Assembly (NCBI GenBank): GCA_964497495.1
Contig: CAZCCZ010000002.1
Location: forward strand, 72,134 to 136,133
Length of the DNA stretch: 64,000 nt
Origin: an uncultured Oscillospiraceae bacterium
Lineage (GTDB): Bacteria > Bacillota > Clostridia > Christensenellales > Aristaeellaceae
Direction: 5' to 3'
The translations under genes and the position numbers were made by a program. The notes beneath the pieces were generated by a model. The model was given only the letters and a program-made list of their open reading frames with translations, was not told the origin of the DNA and made no database searches. This document shows positions 54,102 to 63,851 of the stretch, piece after piece. Position 1 is the first letter of the stretch, and each line of letters opens with the position of its first letter.

Positions 54102-55883
54102 TCAGCCGTACAGCGGGCCGTAATGCGCGCACGCCGAGTAATCGGCCGCCTGGGTGTCGATGGCGCCGAAGGCCGCCCAGCTGTGCGGACGGTAGACCTT
54201 CTCCGCGGGTACGTTGTGCATGTTCACCGGAATGCGCAACATGGAGCACAGGGTGATCAGCTCCGCGCCTACGTGCCCGTACACGGTCACGCCGTGGTTG
54301 GCGCCCCAGTTGGCCATGACGCCGTACACGTCCCGGAAAACGCCTTCCCCGGTCAGCCTGGGGGCGAACCACGTGGTGGGCCAGGTACGGTCGGTGCGCT
54401 CGTCCAGCGTTTTGTGCACCGCGTCCGGCAGTACGAGGGTGGAACCCTCGGCGATCTGCATCACCGGCCCCACGCCCTCCACGATGTTCACGCGCAGCAT
54501 CGTGACGGGCATTTCGGCGTCGGTCTTGAAATGGCTGGAAAATCCGCCGCCCCGGAAATATTCGTAGTTGGCGCGGCACCAGTCCGTCGCCTTCAGGCAG
54601 GCGTCGATATCCTTTTGCGTCATATCCCAGAAGGGCTTCATCACGGCCCGGCCCTGCGCGTCCCGGCTGGCCCCGGTGCAGTCCAGCGCTGTGGCTCCGC
54701 TGTTGATCAGGTGGATGAAACCGTCGGCGGCTTTCCCGGCAGGCTCCCAGCCGGTTACGCGCCGGACCGCTTCCGGGCTCCAGTAGGTGCGCACGTCGTG
54801 GAAGCAGGGGGCCGTGTGGGTGACGAGGGTGCCCAGCATCATCGCGACGCCGTTCAGGGTGTCGTTCTCGGTGGCGAAGGGTGTGGGCGCCTTCGGGCCG
54901 TTCCAGTCGAAGGTGCTCGCCATGAGGCTTTCGGTGAAGTCCGCGTTGGGCAGCCAGTCCGTCCAGCTGCGCTGGCCCTGAAAGCCGCCTGCGACGGCGT
55001 TCTTGCCCAGCGCTTCCTCGTGCCATCCCATGGCGTCCAGCCTGGGGTTGCCGTAGAGGATATCGCGGATGACGAGCGTCATTTTCACGATGAACTCCCA
55101 GTCCTGTTCCGGGGGCACCGCTTTGGAGCGGGTGATGATCTCCGGCAGGTTTCTCCCCGCGTTGCAGTCGAACCCCTCCGGGCAGTTGGTTTTCACCCAC
55201 GCAAGCGCCTTCCCGGTTTCTTCGGGGTCGAAGACGCCCAGCCGGATGCGGCGGAGGATCTCAGTCATATCCACCCATTCGGTGCGGATGCCGAAATACT
55301 TCTGGAACGCCATGGTGTCGCAGTAGCTGCCCATGATGCCCATCGCCACGCCGCCCAGGTTTACGTACGCCTTGTTCTTCATCCAGCCTACTGCCACGGC
55401 GCAGCGGGCGAACAGCCGTATCTTCTCCGCCACATCCTCCGGCACGGAGGCGTCCCCCGCGTCCTGCACGTCCCGGCCGTAGATGCTGAACGCCGGAAGC
55501 CCTTTCTGCGCGTAGGCCGCCAGCACCGCCGCCAGGTATACCGCGCCCGGCCGTTCCGTGCCGTTGAAGCCCCACACCGCCTTGATGGTCTGGGGGTTCA
55601 TATCGAAGGTTTCCATGCCGTAGCACCAGCAGGGCGTTACCGTGAGAGTCGCCACGATGTTCTGGGTGGCGAAAAACTCCTCGCATTTCGCGGCTTCCGC
55701 GCCGCCGCCGATGGTGGACGGCGCGACGACCGCCTGTACGGGCGTGCCGTCCGGATAGCGCAGGCTTTCCACCAGCTTCCCGGCGGCCTGGGCCATGCCC
55801 ATCGTCTGTTTTTCCAGCCCCTCGCGCACGCCGCCCCAGCGGCCGTCGATCACGGGGCGAATCCCGATTTTCGGGTAGAGCAT
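54102..55883 (-). CDS. fucI: L-fucose isomerase
   Basis: LYPKIGIRPVIDGRWGGVREGLEKQTM and TLTVTPCWCYGMETFDM closely parallel E. coli FucI. ATG 55883 follows SD AGGAGG. Confidence 0.92.
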   Translation of the reverse strand: MLYPKIGIRPVIDGRWGGVREGLEKQTMGMAQAAGKLVESLRYPDGTPVQAVVAPSTIGGGAEAAKCEEFFATQNIVATLTVTPCWCYGMETFDMNPQTIKAVWGFNGTERPGAVYLAAVLAAYAQKGLPAFSIYGRDVQDAGDASVPEDVAEKIRLFARCAVAVGWMKNKAYVNLGGVAMGIMGSYCDTMAFQKYFGIRTEWVDMTEILRRIRLGVFDPEETGKALAWVKTNCPEGFDCNAGRNLPEIITRSKAVPPEQDWEFIVKMTLVIRDILYGNPRLDAMGWHEEALGKNAVAGGFQGQRSWTDWLPNADFTESLMASTFDWNGPKAPTPFATENDTLNGVAMMLGTLVTHTAPCFHDVRTYWSPEAVRRVTGWEPAGKAADGFIHLINSGATALDCTGASRDAQGRAVMKPFWDMTQKDIDACLKATDWCRANYEYFRGGGFSSHFKTDAEMPVTMLRVNIVEGVGPVMQIAEGSTLVLPDAVHKTLDERTDRTWPTTWFAPRLTGEGVFRDVYGVMANWGANHGVTVYGHVGAELITLCSMLRIPVNMHNVPAEKVYRPHSWAAFGAIDTQAADYSACAHYGPLYG

Positions 55884-55884
55884 C

Positions 55885-56613
55885 TCACTCTTCCTCCTTC
55901 GTATGTTGATCCTTTTCGCCACGGGAGGCGCCCGCCCCGTACTTCTCGTAACCCGGGTGGCGGCCCGACACGTGGTAGTAGTTCTCCCGCAGATCGAGGA
56001 GTTTATCGACGTTTTCGCGGCTGATTTCCTTCGCGCCGCCCAGCAGGCGGGCCGTCAGGCTGATTTTCGCGAAGAGTTCCAGCGTTTCCATGCGATAGTA
56101 GGCGGTGATCACGTCCCTGCCCAGCGCGAGCGCGCCGTGATTTTGCAAAAGCATCACGTCGTGTTTGGGCAGCAGGGGCTCGATGGAATCCGGCACCTCG
56201 TTCGTGGAGGGGGCGCCGTAGGGCGCGACCGGCACCGCGCCGATGGAGATGATTGATTCGATCATGCTGTATTCGTCCAGCGGGATGTTGGCCACCGCGT
56301 AGCCCGTGGCCGTGGGCGGATGCGCGTGCACCACGCCGCCCACGTCCGCGCGTTTTTCGTAGCAGCGCATGTGCATCTTGATTTCACTGGAAGGCACGCT
56401 GCCCGCTGGGCCTTCCAGCACGTTCATACCGCCGTCCACCCGCAGCAGCGTTTCCGGCGTGATGAAGCTTTTGCTGACGCCTGACGGGGTGATCCAGAAT
56501 GTGCCGTCGTCCATCCTAACCGAAACGTTACCGTCGTTTGCGGCAACCCAGCCGAGCTGCCACATTTTGTGGCATACGTCGCATATCTGGTTTTTGATTT
56601 CTTCCGTATTCAT
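55885..56613 (-). CDS. class II aldolase (FucA-like)
   Basis: ANDGNVS, ITPSG, SSEIKMH and VVHAHPP metal-ligand motifs. ATG 56613. Stop abuts the fucI start. Confidence 0.85.
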   Translation of the reverse strand: MNTEEIKNQICDVCHKMWQLGWVAANDGNVSVRMDDGTFWITPSGVSKSFITPETLLRVDGGMNVLEGPAGSVPSSEIKMHMRCYEKRADVGGVVHAHPPTATGYAVANIPLDEYSMIESIISIGAVPVAPYGAPSTNEVPDSIEPLLPKHDVMLLQNHGALALGRDVITAYYRMETLELFAKISLTARLLGGAKEISRENVDKLLDLRENYYHVSGRHPGYEKYGAGASRGEKDQHTKEEE

Positions 56614-56850
56614 TGCTACCCCTCTTCCGTTCCCGTGTATTCTATCATATCGCATCCGCCGGTAAAAAGCCAGTCCCGAATTGCGCTCCGCCCGCCGCGA
56701 AGCGGCCCCGGAGGGCGATGACGGCCGTTTTCGGCCCTCGCCAGACGGTGGATACGAAACGAACCTGTGATGTTGCGGCTCGCTGCCCTTTCCACAGCCT
56801 TGCGTACGTCCGTGGATGGCGGCGCGGATGGTAACTATTTCACAAAACGC

Positions 56851-56879
56851 TTGACACGATTTGTACACTATTGTATAGT
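56851..56879 (+). promoter_or_regulatory. promoter TTGACA-17-TATAGT for the CUT2 transporter operon
   Basis: TTGACA cgatttgtacactattg TATAGT. Confidence 0.65.
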
Positions 56880-56883
56880 ATGT

Positions 56884-56903
56884 GAAACAAGAAACGTTAC
56901 GCT
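56884..56903. promoter_or_regulatory. shared operator-like motif GAAACaaGAAACGTTaCGCT
   Basis: Starts 5 nt after the -10 box. Near-identical to 62974-62992. Confidence 0.5.
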
Positions 56904-57010
56904 TATATGGCAGGATTCCTTTTGCGGGGCCGATTCGTAACAACGGAGCGGTGTGGACAGGACCGTATACGGAGCGCGCCCGCGGCGCGAAACCGGAAGG
57001 AAGGGTTTTT

Positions 57011-58513
57011 TTGAACGAAGTGATTTTAACGATGAAGGGCATCGATAAAACCTTTCCGGGCGTCCACGCGCTGGATCACGTGGATTTTGAGGTGCGCAAG
57101 GGCGAGGTGCACGCGCTGATGGGGGAAAACGGCGCTGGCAAATCCACGCTGATGAAGGTGCTTACGGGCATCTATACCAAAGACGCGGGCACGATCACCT
57201 ACGAGGGCAGGGAAGTGTGCTTCGCAAGCCCGCGCGAGGCGCAGGCGGCCGGGGTGGTGATCGTCCACCAGGAACTGAACATGATGGGCCACCTGACCGT
57301 TGCGCAGAACATTTTCATCGGCCGCGAATGGAAGAAAGGCCTTCTGATCGACGACGCGCGCATGAACGAGGAGGCGCGCAAACTGTTTGGGCAGCTGAAC
57401 ATCGACATCGACCCGCGCGAGACCATGAGCAGGCTCACCGTGGGCAAGCAGCAGATGTGCGAAATCGCCAAGGCGATCTCCCACGAGGCCAAGATCATTA
57501 TTTTCGACGAACCCAGCGCGGCCCTGACGGACGCGGAGATCGACCAGCTTTTCCGCATTATCCGCGACCTGCGCCGGAAAGAGTACGGGATCGTGTATAT
57601 CTCCCACCGTATGGACGAAATCAAGAAAATCACGGACCGCGTAACCGTGATGCGGGACGGGCAGACGGTGGGAACGCTGATTACCGACGAATGCACCAAG
57701 GACGACATCGTCCACATGATGGTGGGTCGCGTGATTTACGAGGAGCCGAAAACCAAAAGCCGCGTGCCCGCAGGCGCGCCCGTGGTGCTGCGCGTGGAGC
57801 ACCTGAACGCGGGCCGCATGGTGCGGGACGTGAGCTTCGAGCTTCGCAAGGGCGAGATCCTCGGGTTTTCCGGGCTGATGGGCGCCGGGCGCACCGAAAC
57901 GGCGCGCGCGCTCTTCGGGGCCGACCCCCGGGAAAGCGGCGACATCTACGTGGAGGGGAAAAAGGTCGTTATCCATTCTCCGCAGGACGCCGTGCGCATG
58001 GGCATCGGCTACCTGTCGGAAGACCGCAAGCGGTACGGCGTGGTGCTGAAAAAGAGTATCACGGAAAATTCCACCCTCGCGTGCCTGGCGGATTACATCA
58101 AGCGTTTCAACATCATCGATGGCGCCGCCGAACACAGGGTCGCCCAGAAAATGGTGGACACCCTGAAAACCAAGACGCCCGGCGTGGACCAGATGGTGTT
58201 GGACCTTTCCGGCGGCAACCAGCAGAAGGTGGTCGTTGCCAAGTGGCTTATCAGCAACAGCAAAATCCTTATTTTCGACGAGCCGACGCGCGGTATCGAC
58301 GTGGGCGCGAAGCAGGAAATATACGAACTGATGAACCGGCTGGTGCAGGAAGGTAAATCCATCATCATGATTTCCTCCGAAATGCCGGAAATCCTCCGCA
58401 TGAGCGACCGCATCGTGGTGATGTGCGAGGGGAAGAAAACGGCGGAATTCGACGTGTCGGAAGCCACGCAGGAAAAGATCATGAACGCGGCGACACGTGA
58501 GATCGCGGTGTAA
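57011..58513 (+). CDS. CUT2 monosaccharide ABC transporter ATP-binding protein
   Basis: GENGAGKST, LTVGKQQMCEIAKAI and LSGGNQQKVVVAKWL. TTG 57011 follows GGAAGGAAGGG; ATG 57032 is the alternative. Confidence 0.9.
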   Translation: MNEVILTMKGIDKTFPGVHALDHVDFEVRKGEVHALMGENGAGKSTLMKVLTGIYTKDAGTITYEGREVCFASPREAQAAGVVIVHQELNMMGHLTVAQNIFIGREWKKGLLIDDARMNEEARKLFGQLNIDIDPRETMSRLTVGKQQMCEIAKAISHEAKIIIFDEPSAALTDAEIDQLFRIIRDLRRKEYGIVYISHRMDEIKKITDRVTVMRDGQTVGTLITDECTKDDIVHMMVGRVIYEEPKTKSRVPAGAPVVLRVEHLNAGRMVRDVSFELRKGEILGFSGLMGAGRTETARALFGADPRESGDIYVEGKKVVIHSPQDAVRMGIGYLSEDRKRYGVVLKKSITENSTLACLADYIKRFNIIDGAAEHRVAQKMVDTLKTKTPGVDQMVLDLSGGNQQKVVVAKWLISNSKILIFDEPTRGIDVGAKQEIYELMNRLVQEGKSIIMISSEMPEILRMSDRIVVMCEGKKTAEFDVSEATQEKIMNAATREIAV

Positions 58514-58527
58514 GGGGGAAAAAAGAC

Positions 58528-59529
58528 GTGAAGGAATCCCTTCGGAAGTTTAAGAACCTGCGCTTCGTCAAGGCCATCGGTTTCAACCGCGTCGTCCTGA
58601 TCCTGATCATATTCCTGATGTACGGGCTGTTCACGCTGCTGACGCCTCTTCTGCGCAACGGCTCCACGTTCGTCAACTACAACCGTATCCTCAGCGCGCT
58701 CAACTACGCCTATTTCATCGGCTTCCTGGGGCTGGGCGTCACTTTCGTCATCGCGACCGGCGGCATCGATTTCTCCATCGGGCCCGTGATGTTCTGCTCG
58801 GCGCTCATTTCCGGGTACTGCCTCACCAAGTTCAACGTGCCGCTATGGCTGTGCCTGTTCATCAGCGTCGCGGTGGGCGCGGTTTTCGGCAGCGTCGGCG
58901 GCTATTTCGTGGCCTTCCGCCACCTGCCGTCGTTCATCACCTCGCTGGCGCTGATGCAGGTGGCCAAGGGCGTGGGGTCGATTTTCACTAAAACCCAGTC
59001 GGTCACGTGGCCGTCGGACAACCCCGCCACGTCCTGGTATCGCAGCCTGGTCAAGCTGGACGGCTTTCCTGTGGGGTTCGCGATCCTCATCGTGGTGGCG
59101 ATCTTCTGCTCCGTCCTGCTGTACCATACCATGGCCGGACGCTACATGCTCTGCCTGGGCAGCAACAAGGAAGCGGTGCGCCTTTCCGGCGTGGACACCC
59201 GTAGGTGGGAGATGCTGGCCTACGTGATGTCCGGCGCGCTGGCGGGCGTTGCGGCCATCTTTTACGTCGGCGCGTACACCACCGTCCAACCCGGGCTCGG
59301 GGACACCTTCAACAACGAGGCCATCGCGGCCTGCGTAATGGGCGGTACGTCCATGGCGGGCGGCTCCGCGTCCATCCTGGGCACGGTGATCGGCGCGATC
59401 ATCGTGGCGCTGATGCAGGAGGGCATTCTGGCGATGGGCTTTACGATCTCCTATCAATATGTGCTGACCGGCCTGATCGTGCTGGGCGCGGTAACGGCGG
59501 ACATTATCAGCCGCAAACGCAGGAACTGA
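58528..59529 (+). CDS. CUT2 ABC transporter permease
   Basis: RbsC-like multi-TM protein. GTG start. Confidence 0.88.
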   Translation: MKESLRKFKNLRFVKAIGFNRVVLILIIFLMYGLFTLLTPLLRNGSTFVNYNRILSALNYAYFIGFLGLGVTFVIATGGIDFSIGPVMFCSALISGYCLTKFNVPLWLCLFISVAVGAVFGSVGGYFVAFRHLPSFITSLALMQVAKGVGSIFTKTQSVTWPSDNPATSWYRSLVKLDGFPVGFAILIVVAIFCSVLLYHTMAGRYMLCLGSNKEAVRLSGVDTRRWEMLAYVMSGALAGVAAIFYVGAYTTVQPGLGDTFNNEAIAACVMGGTSMAGGSASILGTVIGAIIVALMQEGILAMGFTISYQYVLTGLIVLGAVTADIISRKRRN

Positions 59530-59560
59530 CCGCGCGGCACACATAGAAACCGGAGGGGCA

Positions 59561-60544
59561 ATGGCAATGGGCGGTATGAAGAAGAAGCCGATCATACAGG
59601 CGATCGGCGTGCAAAGGCTCGTGATCCTCGGCGTTCTGGTAATTCTGTTCGCCTTTTTCTGCATCATGAGCGAGTCGTTCCGGAAGTATACCACCATCAT
59701 TACGATGTGCAGCTATATGTACTACATCATGCTGATGGCGATCGGCGTTACCTTCCCGCTGATCACCGGCGGCGTGGATCTTTCCATCGGCACGGGGCTG
59801 GTTTGCTACTCCATCGTCGGCAGCTATCTGATGCGGCAGATGGGCCTTCCCATCTGGGTGGCCATGCTGGTCACCGTGGGCATGGGCGTCTTCTTCGGCT
59901 TCTTCAACGGTATCATCATCGCCAAGCTGGACCTGCCCCCGTTCATCACCACGCTGTGCACCATGATGATCGTTCGCGGGCTGGGGTCCATCCTGACCGG
60001 CGGCATGACGGGCGTATGGCCCATGGCGGGGCAGGAGGGAAGTTGGTTCAGGGACCTGCTGAAGTATAAGATCGGCGATACGGTTTACCCGGTCGGCATG
60101 ATCCTCATCATCGTGCTGGTGGTCGTCATGTCCCTGGTGCTCAACCACTCCCGCGTGGGGCGCTACATCATCGCGATCGGCAGCAACAAGGAAGCGCTTA
60201 AGCTTTCCGGCGTCAACGTCGTCCGGTGGCACGTGATGGCGTACGTGTTCTCCGGTTTCTTCGCGGGGTTGGCGGCCATCGCCTACGCGGGCACTTTTTC
60301 CAGCATCACGCCGGGCACCGGCGCGGGTCTGGAACTGGACGCCATCGGCGGGGCCATCATCGGCGGCACGGCGATGACCGGCGGCAGCGGCTCCATCATC
60401 GGCACGTTCCTGGGCGTATGCCTGATTTCGCTGCTCAAGACCGGCCTGCCCAACGTGGGCCTGCAGGCCAACTGGCAGCAGATCATCACGGGCGCGATCC
60501 TGATCGTCGCGGTGACGATCGACATGGCGCGCAGACGCAAATAA
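59561..60544 (+). CDS. CUT2 ABC transporter permease (second subunit)
   Basis: RbsC-like multi-TM protein. ATG 59567 may be the true start, given the SD GGAGGGG spacing. Confidence 0.88.
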   Translation: MAMGGMKKKPIIQAIGVQRLVILGVLVILFAFFCIMSESFRKYTTIITMCSYMYYIMLMAIGVTFPLITGGVDLSIGTGLVCYSIVGSYLMRQMGLPIWVAMLVTVGMGVFFGFFNGIIIAKLDLPPFITTLCTMMIVRGLGSILTGGMTGVWPMAGQEGSWFRDLLKYKIGDTVYPVGMILIIVLVVVMSLVLNHSRVGRYIIAIGSNKEALKLSGVNVVRWHVMAYVFSGFFAGLAAIAYAGTFSSITPGTGAGLELDAIGGAIIGGTAMTGGSGSIIGTFLGVCLISLLKTGLPNVGLQANWQQIITGAILIVAVTIDMARRRK

Positions 60545-60600
60545 GCTCGATATGTACGCCGCCAAGGCGTCATATACATATAAAAAGGGGGGTTTATTCC

Positions 60601-61692
60601 ATGAAAAAGGCGTTGTCTCTGTTCCTGGTGCTGGCGCTGCTCGTCGGCACGGTCTCTTTCGCGCTTGCGGACGAGGCGAAGACCTACTCCTTTGAGATCG
60701 TATCAAAGGGCTTCCAGTCCACCTATTGGCAGGCGGTTCTGAAGGGCTGCCAGATGGAAACGAAGAAGATCAACGACGAAGCCGGCTATGAGAAGGTCAA
60801 GTTCAACATGGTCGGACCCGACTCCGAGAGCGATATCGCCGTACAGGTGAACGAGTTCGAGTCCGCCCTCAACGCCAAGCCCGACGCGATCGGCCTTGCC
60901 GCGCTGGATGTGAACGCCCTCAACGACAACATCGCCGCCGCGCAGGCCGCCGGCATCCCCATCATCGGCTTCGACTCCGGCGTGCCCAACGCTCCCGCGG
61001 GCGCCGTGCTGGCCAATGCCTCCACGGATAACTTCGCCGCCGGCCAGGTGGTCGCCGAGAACCTCTACGCCAAGATCAAGGATCGCATCGCCGCCGCCAC
61101 CGCGCCCGTGCGCATCGGCGAAATCAACCAGGACGCCACCTCCGAGTCCATCACCAACCGCGGCATCGGCTTCATCGACAAGATGCTGGAACTGCTCGCC
61201 GCGGATAACGTGCCCGTGGCCGTGATCGGCAACGACAAGTACGTGGGCGACGCAAAGGGCGCCACCGTGGCCGAGGCCGACGCGAAGGTCGTCATCGAAG
61301 TCCGCGTGCCCGCGCAGACCACCACCGAACTGTGCGCCACCGAAGCGGGCGTGATCCTGAACGAGTCCGACACCATCGCCGTGTTCGGCTCCAACCAGGT
61401 CGCCGCCGAGGGCGTGATTACCGCCAACGAAATGCTGAACGTCTGCGGCTCCGGCGACGACCAGATCATCGCCGTGGGCTTCGACTCCGGCACCGTCATC
61501 AAAGCGGCCGTGACCTCCGGCGTCATGTACGGCGCCGTAACGCAGAGCCCCGTCGGCATCGGCGAAAAGCTGATCGACCTGCTGCTGGCCGCCGCTTCCG
61601 GCGAAGCCGTGCAGGACACCGACACCGGCTGCGCGTTCTACACCGCCGAGAACATCGCTTCCGACGCGATCGCCCCCAACCTGTACGACTGA
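60601..61692 (+). CDS. CUT2 sugar-binding protein
   Basis: ATG 60601 and signal peptide MKKALSLFLVLALLVGTVSFALA. The upstream part of the ORF overlaps the permease. Confidence 0.85.
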   Translation: MKKALSLFLVLALLVGTVSFALADEAKTYSFEIVSKGFQSTYWQAVLKGCQMETKKINDEAGYEKVKFNMVGPDSESDIAVQVNEFESALNAKPDAIGLAALDVNALNDNIAAAQAAGIPIIGFDSGVPNAPAGAVLANASTDNFAAGQVVAENLYAKIKDRIAAATAPVRIGEINQDATSESITNRGIGFIDKMLELLAADNVPVAVIGNDKYVGDAKGATVAEADAKVVIEVRVPAQTTTELCATEAGVILNESDTIAVFGSNQVAAEGVITANEMLNVCGSGDDQIIAVGFDSGTVIKAAVTSGVMYGAVTQSPVGIGEKLIDLLLAAASGEAVQDTDTGCAFYTAENIASDAIAPNLYD

Positions 61693-61716
61693 CGTACGGT
61701 ACCCGGGAAACGGTCG

Positions 61717-61744
61717 GGGCCGCCCTCCGCAAGGAGGGCGGCCC
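61717..61744. terminator. 12-bp GC hairpin between the SBP gene and convergent LacI gene
   Basis: GGGCCGCCCTCC-gcaa-GGAGGGCGGCCC. Confidence 0.55.
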
Positions 61745-61800
61745 TTCGTCGCTTTTACATCCGAACGCCGTATACGCGGCGGTGTGGGAACGGGCGGCTT

Positions 61801-62820
61801 TCAGGTTTTCTTCAGCCTTCGGATACTGCTTCCCTCGTGCAGCTGCGTGGAAAGGGTGATGATCTGGCACAGCGGCTGGGAAGAACCGTCCGAGAGCAGG
61901 CGTAGAAGCTGCCTGGCGACGCACTCGCCGATGGCGTTTTGCGGTTGTTTGACCAGCGTGAGGGTGGGGAACATCGCGCCGAAAAGATCCAGCTTGTCAA
62001 AACCGATCACGGAGATATCGTCCGGCACCCGGCAGGAGGCTTCGTTGAGCGCGATCATCGCGCCGAGCGTCATTTCGTAATTCGTTACGAACACGGCCGT
62101 GGGCGGCGTGGGAAGCGCCAGCAACGCCTTGGTTTGCGTATAACCGCCTTCCAGTGTATAATCGCTGAAGCGGATCAGCTCCTCCCGGGGACGAATGCTG
62201 AATTCCGCGTATGCGTTCAGGTAGCCCTCCCGGCGCTTCTGCGTGGTGAAGATCCCCTCGTTGCCCAGAATCAGGCCGATCTCCTCGTGACCGGCTTCCA
62301 GCAGATGGCGCGTGGCCTTTTCCGCCGCGTCCACGTTGTCCACGACGACGGCGCTGACCTTGCCGCTGAAAGCTTTCAGCATCCTGTCCACCAGCACGAC
62401 GGGGATGCCCGCGTCCATCGCGGGTTTCAGGTGCTCGCCCGTTGTGTCCGTAGGCATGTTGATCAGGCCGTCCACGCGCTTGTGCATCAGGAACGAGACG
62501 GCCTCCTTCTCCCGGCGGGGGTCCGTGCGGCAGTCGCATACGATGACCGCGTAATCGTGCTTGCGCAGGATATCTTCCATCGTGGTGATGATGGAGGTGA
62601 TGAACTGGTTGCCGAGCTCGGGGATTACCACGCCTACCGTGCGGCTCAGGCTGGTTTTCAGGCTGCGGGCGAACTCGTTGGGCACGAAATGAAGGTCCCG
62701 CACGGCGTCCTCGATGAGTTTCTTGTTCTTCGGCCTCACGTTGCCGCCGTTGAGATATTTGGAAATCGTCGCAAGCCCCAGACCCGTGATTTTCGCGATG
62801 TCCTTCATGGTGGCCGCCAT
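61801..62820 (-). CDS. LacI family transcriptional regulator
   Basis: HTH MKDIAKITGLGLATISKYLNG. ATG 62820 follows SD GGGAGGG. Confidence 0.9.
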   Translation of the reverse strand: MAATMKDIAKITGLGLATISKYLNGGNVRPKNKKLIEDAVRDLHFVPNEFARSLKTSLSRTVGVVIPELGNQFITSIITTMEDILRKHDYAVIVCDCRTDPRREKEAVSFLMHKRVDGLINMPTDTTGEHLKPAMDAGIPVVLVDRMLKAFSGKVSAVVVDNVDAAEKATRHLLEAGHEEIGLILGNEGIFTTQKRREGYLNAYAEFSIRPREELIRFSDYTLEGGYTQTKALLALPTPPTAVFVTNYEMTLGAMIALNEASCRVPDDISVIGFDKLDLFGAMFPTLTLVKQPQNAIGECVARQLLRLLSDGSSQPLCQIITLSTQLHEGSSIRRLKKT

Positions 62821-62940
62821 TCGGATTCCCTCCCGCCGCACGGTAATCCCGTTTGTCCGTATTATATCAAAAAGCGGGGGAGGATACAACAAACACCGCG
62901 AATCGTTTAGGATATCGTCCGTTTTTACCCCGGTTCCCGC

Positions 62941-62969
62941 TTGACACGCGGGGTGATTGCGTATATACT
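62941..62969 (+). promoter_or_regulatory. promoter TTGACA-17-TATACT for the aldolase/kinase operon
   Basis: TTGACA cgcggggtgattgcgta TATACT. Confidence 0.65.
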
Positions 62970-62973
62970 ACTG

Positions 62974-62992
62974 GAAACGGAAACGTTTCGCT
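62974..62992. promoter_or_regulatory. shared operator-like motif GAAACgGAAACGTTTCGCT
   Basis: Contains the perfect 10-bp palindrome GAAACGTTTC (62980-62989). Starts 5 nt after the -10 box. Confidence 0.55.
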
Positions 62993-63010
62993 ATTGTAGG
63001 GGGATTCGAT

Positions 63011-63850
63011 ATGCCTTTGGTATCTTCCGGAGAACTCTTGCGGGCGGCTCAAAAAGGCGGGTACGCCGTGGGCGCCTTCAACGTCGAAAACATGGAGATG
63101 GCGCAGGCCGTTGTTTCCGCGGCGGCGGAGGCCGGCGCTCCCGTGATCGTGCAAACCACGTCGGGAACGCTGAAATACGCGCCTCCGGCGGTTTTCGCGG
63201 GGATCGTGGAAAGGCTGGCGCGGGATGTGAAAGTGCCGGTGGCGCTGCACCTGGACCACGGAAGCAGCCTGGAGCTCGCGCGGGCCTGCGCGCAGGCCGG
63301 GTATACGTCGCTGATGATCGACGGTTCGCTGCTGCCTTTTTCCGGTAACGTTACGCTTACGAAGAGCGTTGTGGAGATGGCGGGCGCGCTGCCCGTGGAA
63401 GCGGAACTGGGCACCGTCGGCGGCAAAGAGGACGACCACGACGCGAAACCGCAGTACACCGACCCCGCGCAGGCCGCGGAATTCGTGCGCGAAACGGGCG
63501 TCGCCAGCTTCGCCGTGGCCATCGGCACGGCGCACGGCGTTTATAAAGGCGTGCCCAAACTGGATATCGACCTGCTGAAGAAGATCCGCGAAACCGTGTC
63601 TGTGCCGCTGGTGCTGCACGGCACCAGCGGGGTGCCGCACGGGCAGGTACGCGCCTGCATCGAACGCGGCATCTGCAAGGTCAACTACGCCACGGAACTC
63701 CGTATCGCTTTCTCCGACGGCGTGAAGGGCGTGCTCGCGGCGAACCCGGACGTTTTCGACCCGAAAAAGTACCTGTCCGCGGGGCGCGAGGCCGTGAAGG
63801 CCCGCGTGCTGGAACTGATCCGCCTGTGCGGTTCCGAAGGAAAGGGCTGA
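63011..63850 (+). CDS. class II ketose-bisphosphate aldolase (FbaA/GatY/KbaY family)
   Basis: YAVGAFNVENMEM, LHLDHG and GTAHG motifs. Confidence 0.9.
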   Translation: MPLVSSGELLRAAQKGGYAVGAFNVENMEMAQAVVSAAAEAGAPVIVQTTSGTLKYAPPAVFAGIVERLARDVKVPVALHLDHGSSLELARACAQAGYTSLMIDGSLLPFSGNVTLTKSVVEMAGALPVEAELGTVGGKEDDHDAKPQYTDPAQAAEFVRETGVASFAVAIGTAHGVYKGVPKLDIDLLKKIRETVSVPLVLHGTSGVPHGQVRACIERGICKVNYATELRIAFSDGVKGVLAANPDVFDPKKYLSAGREAVKARVLELIRLCGSEGKG

Positions 63851-63851
63851 C

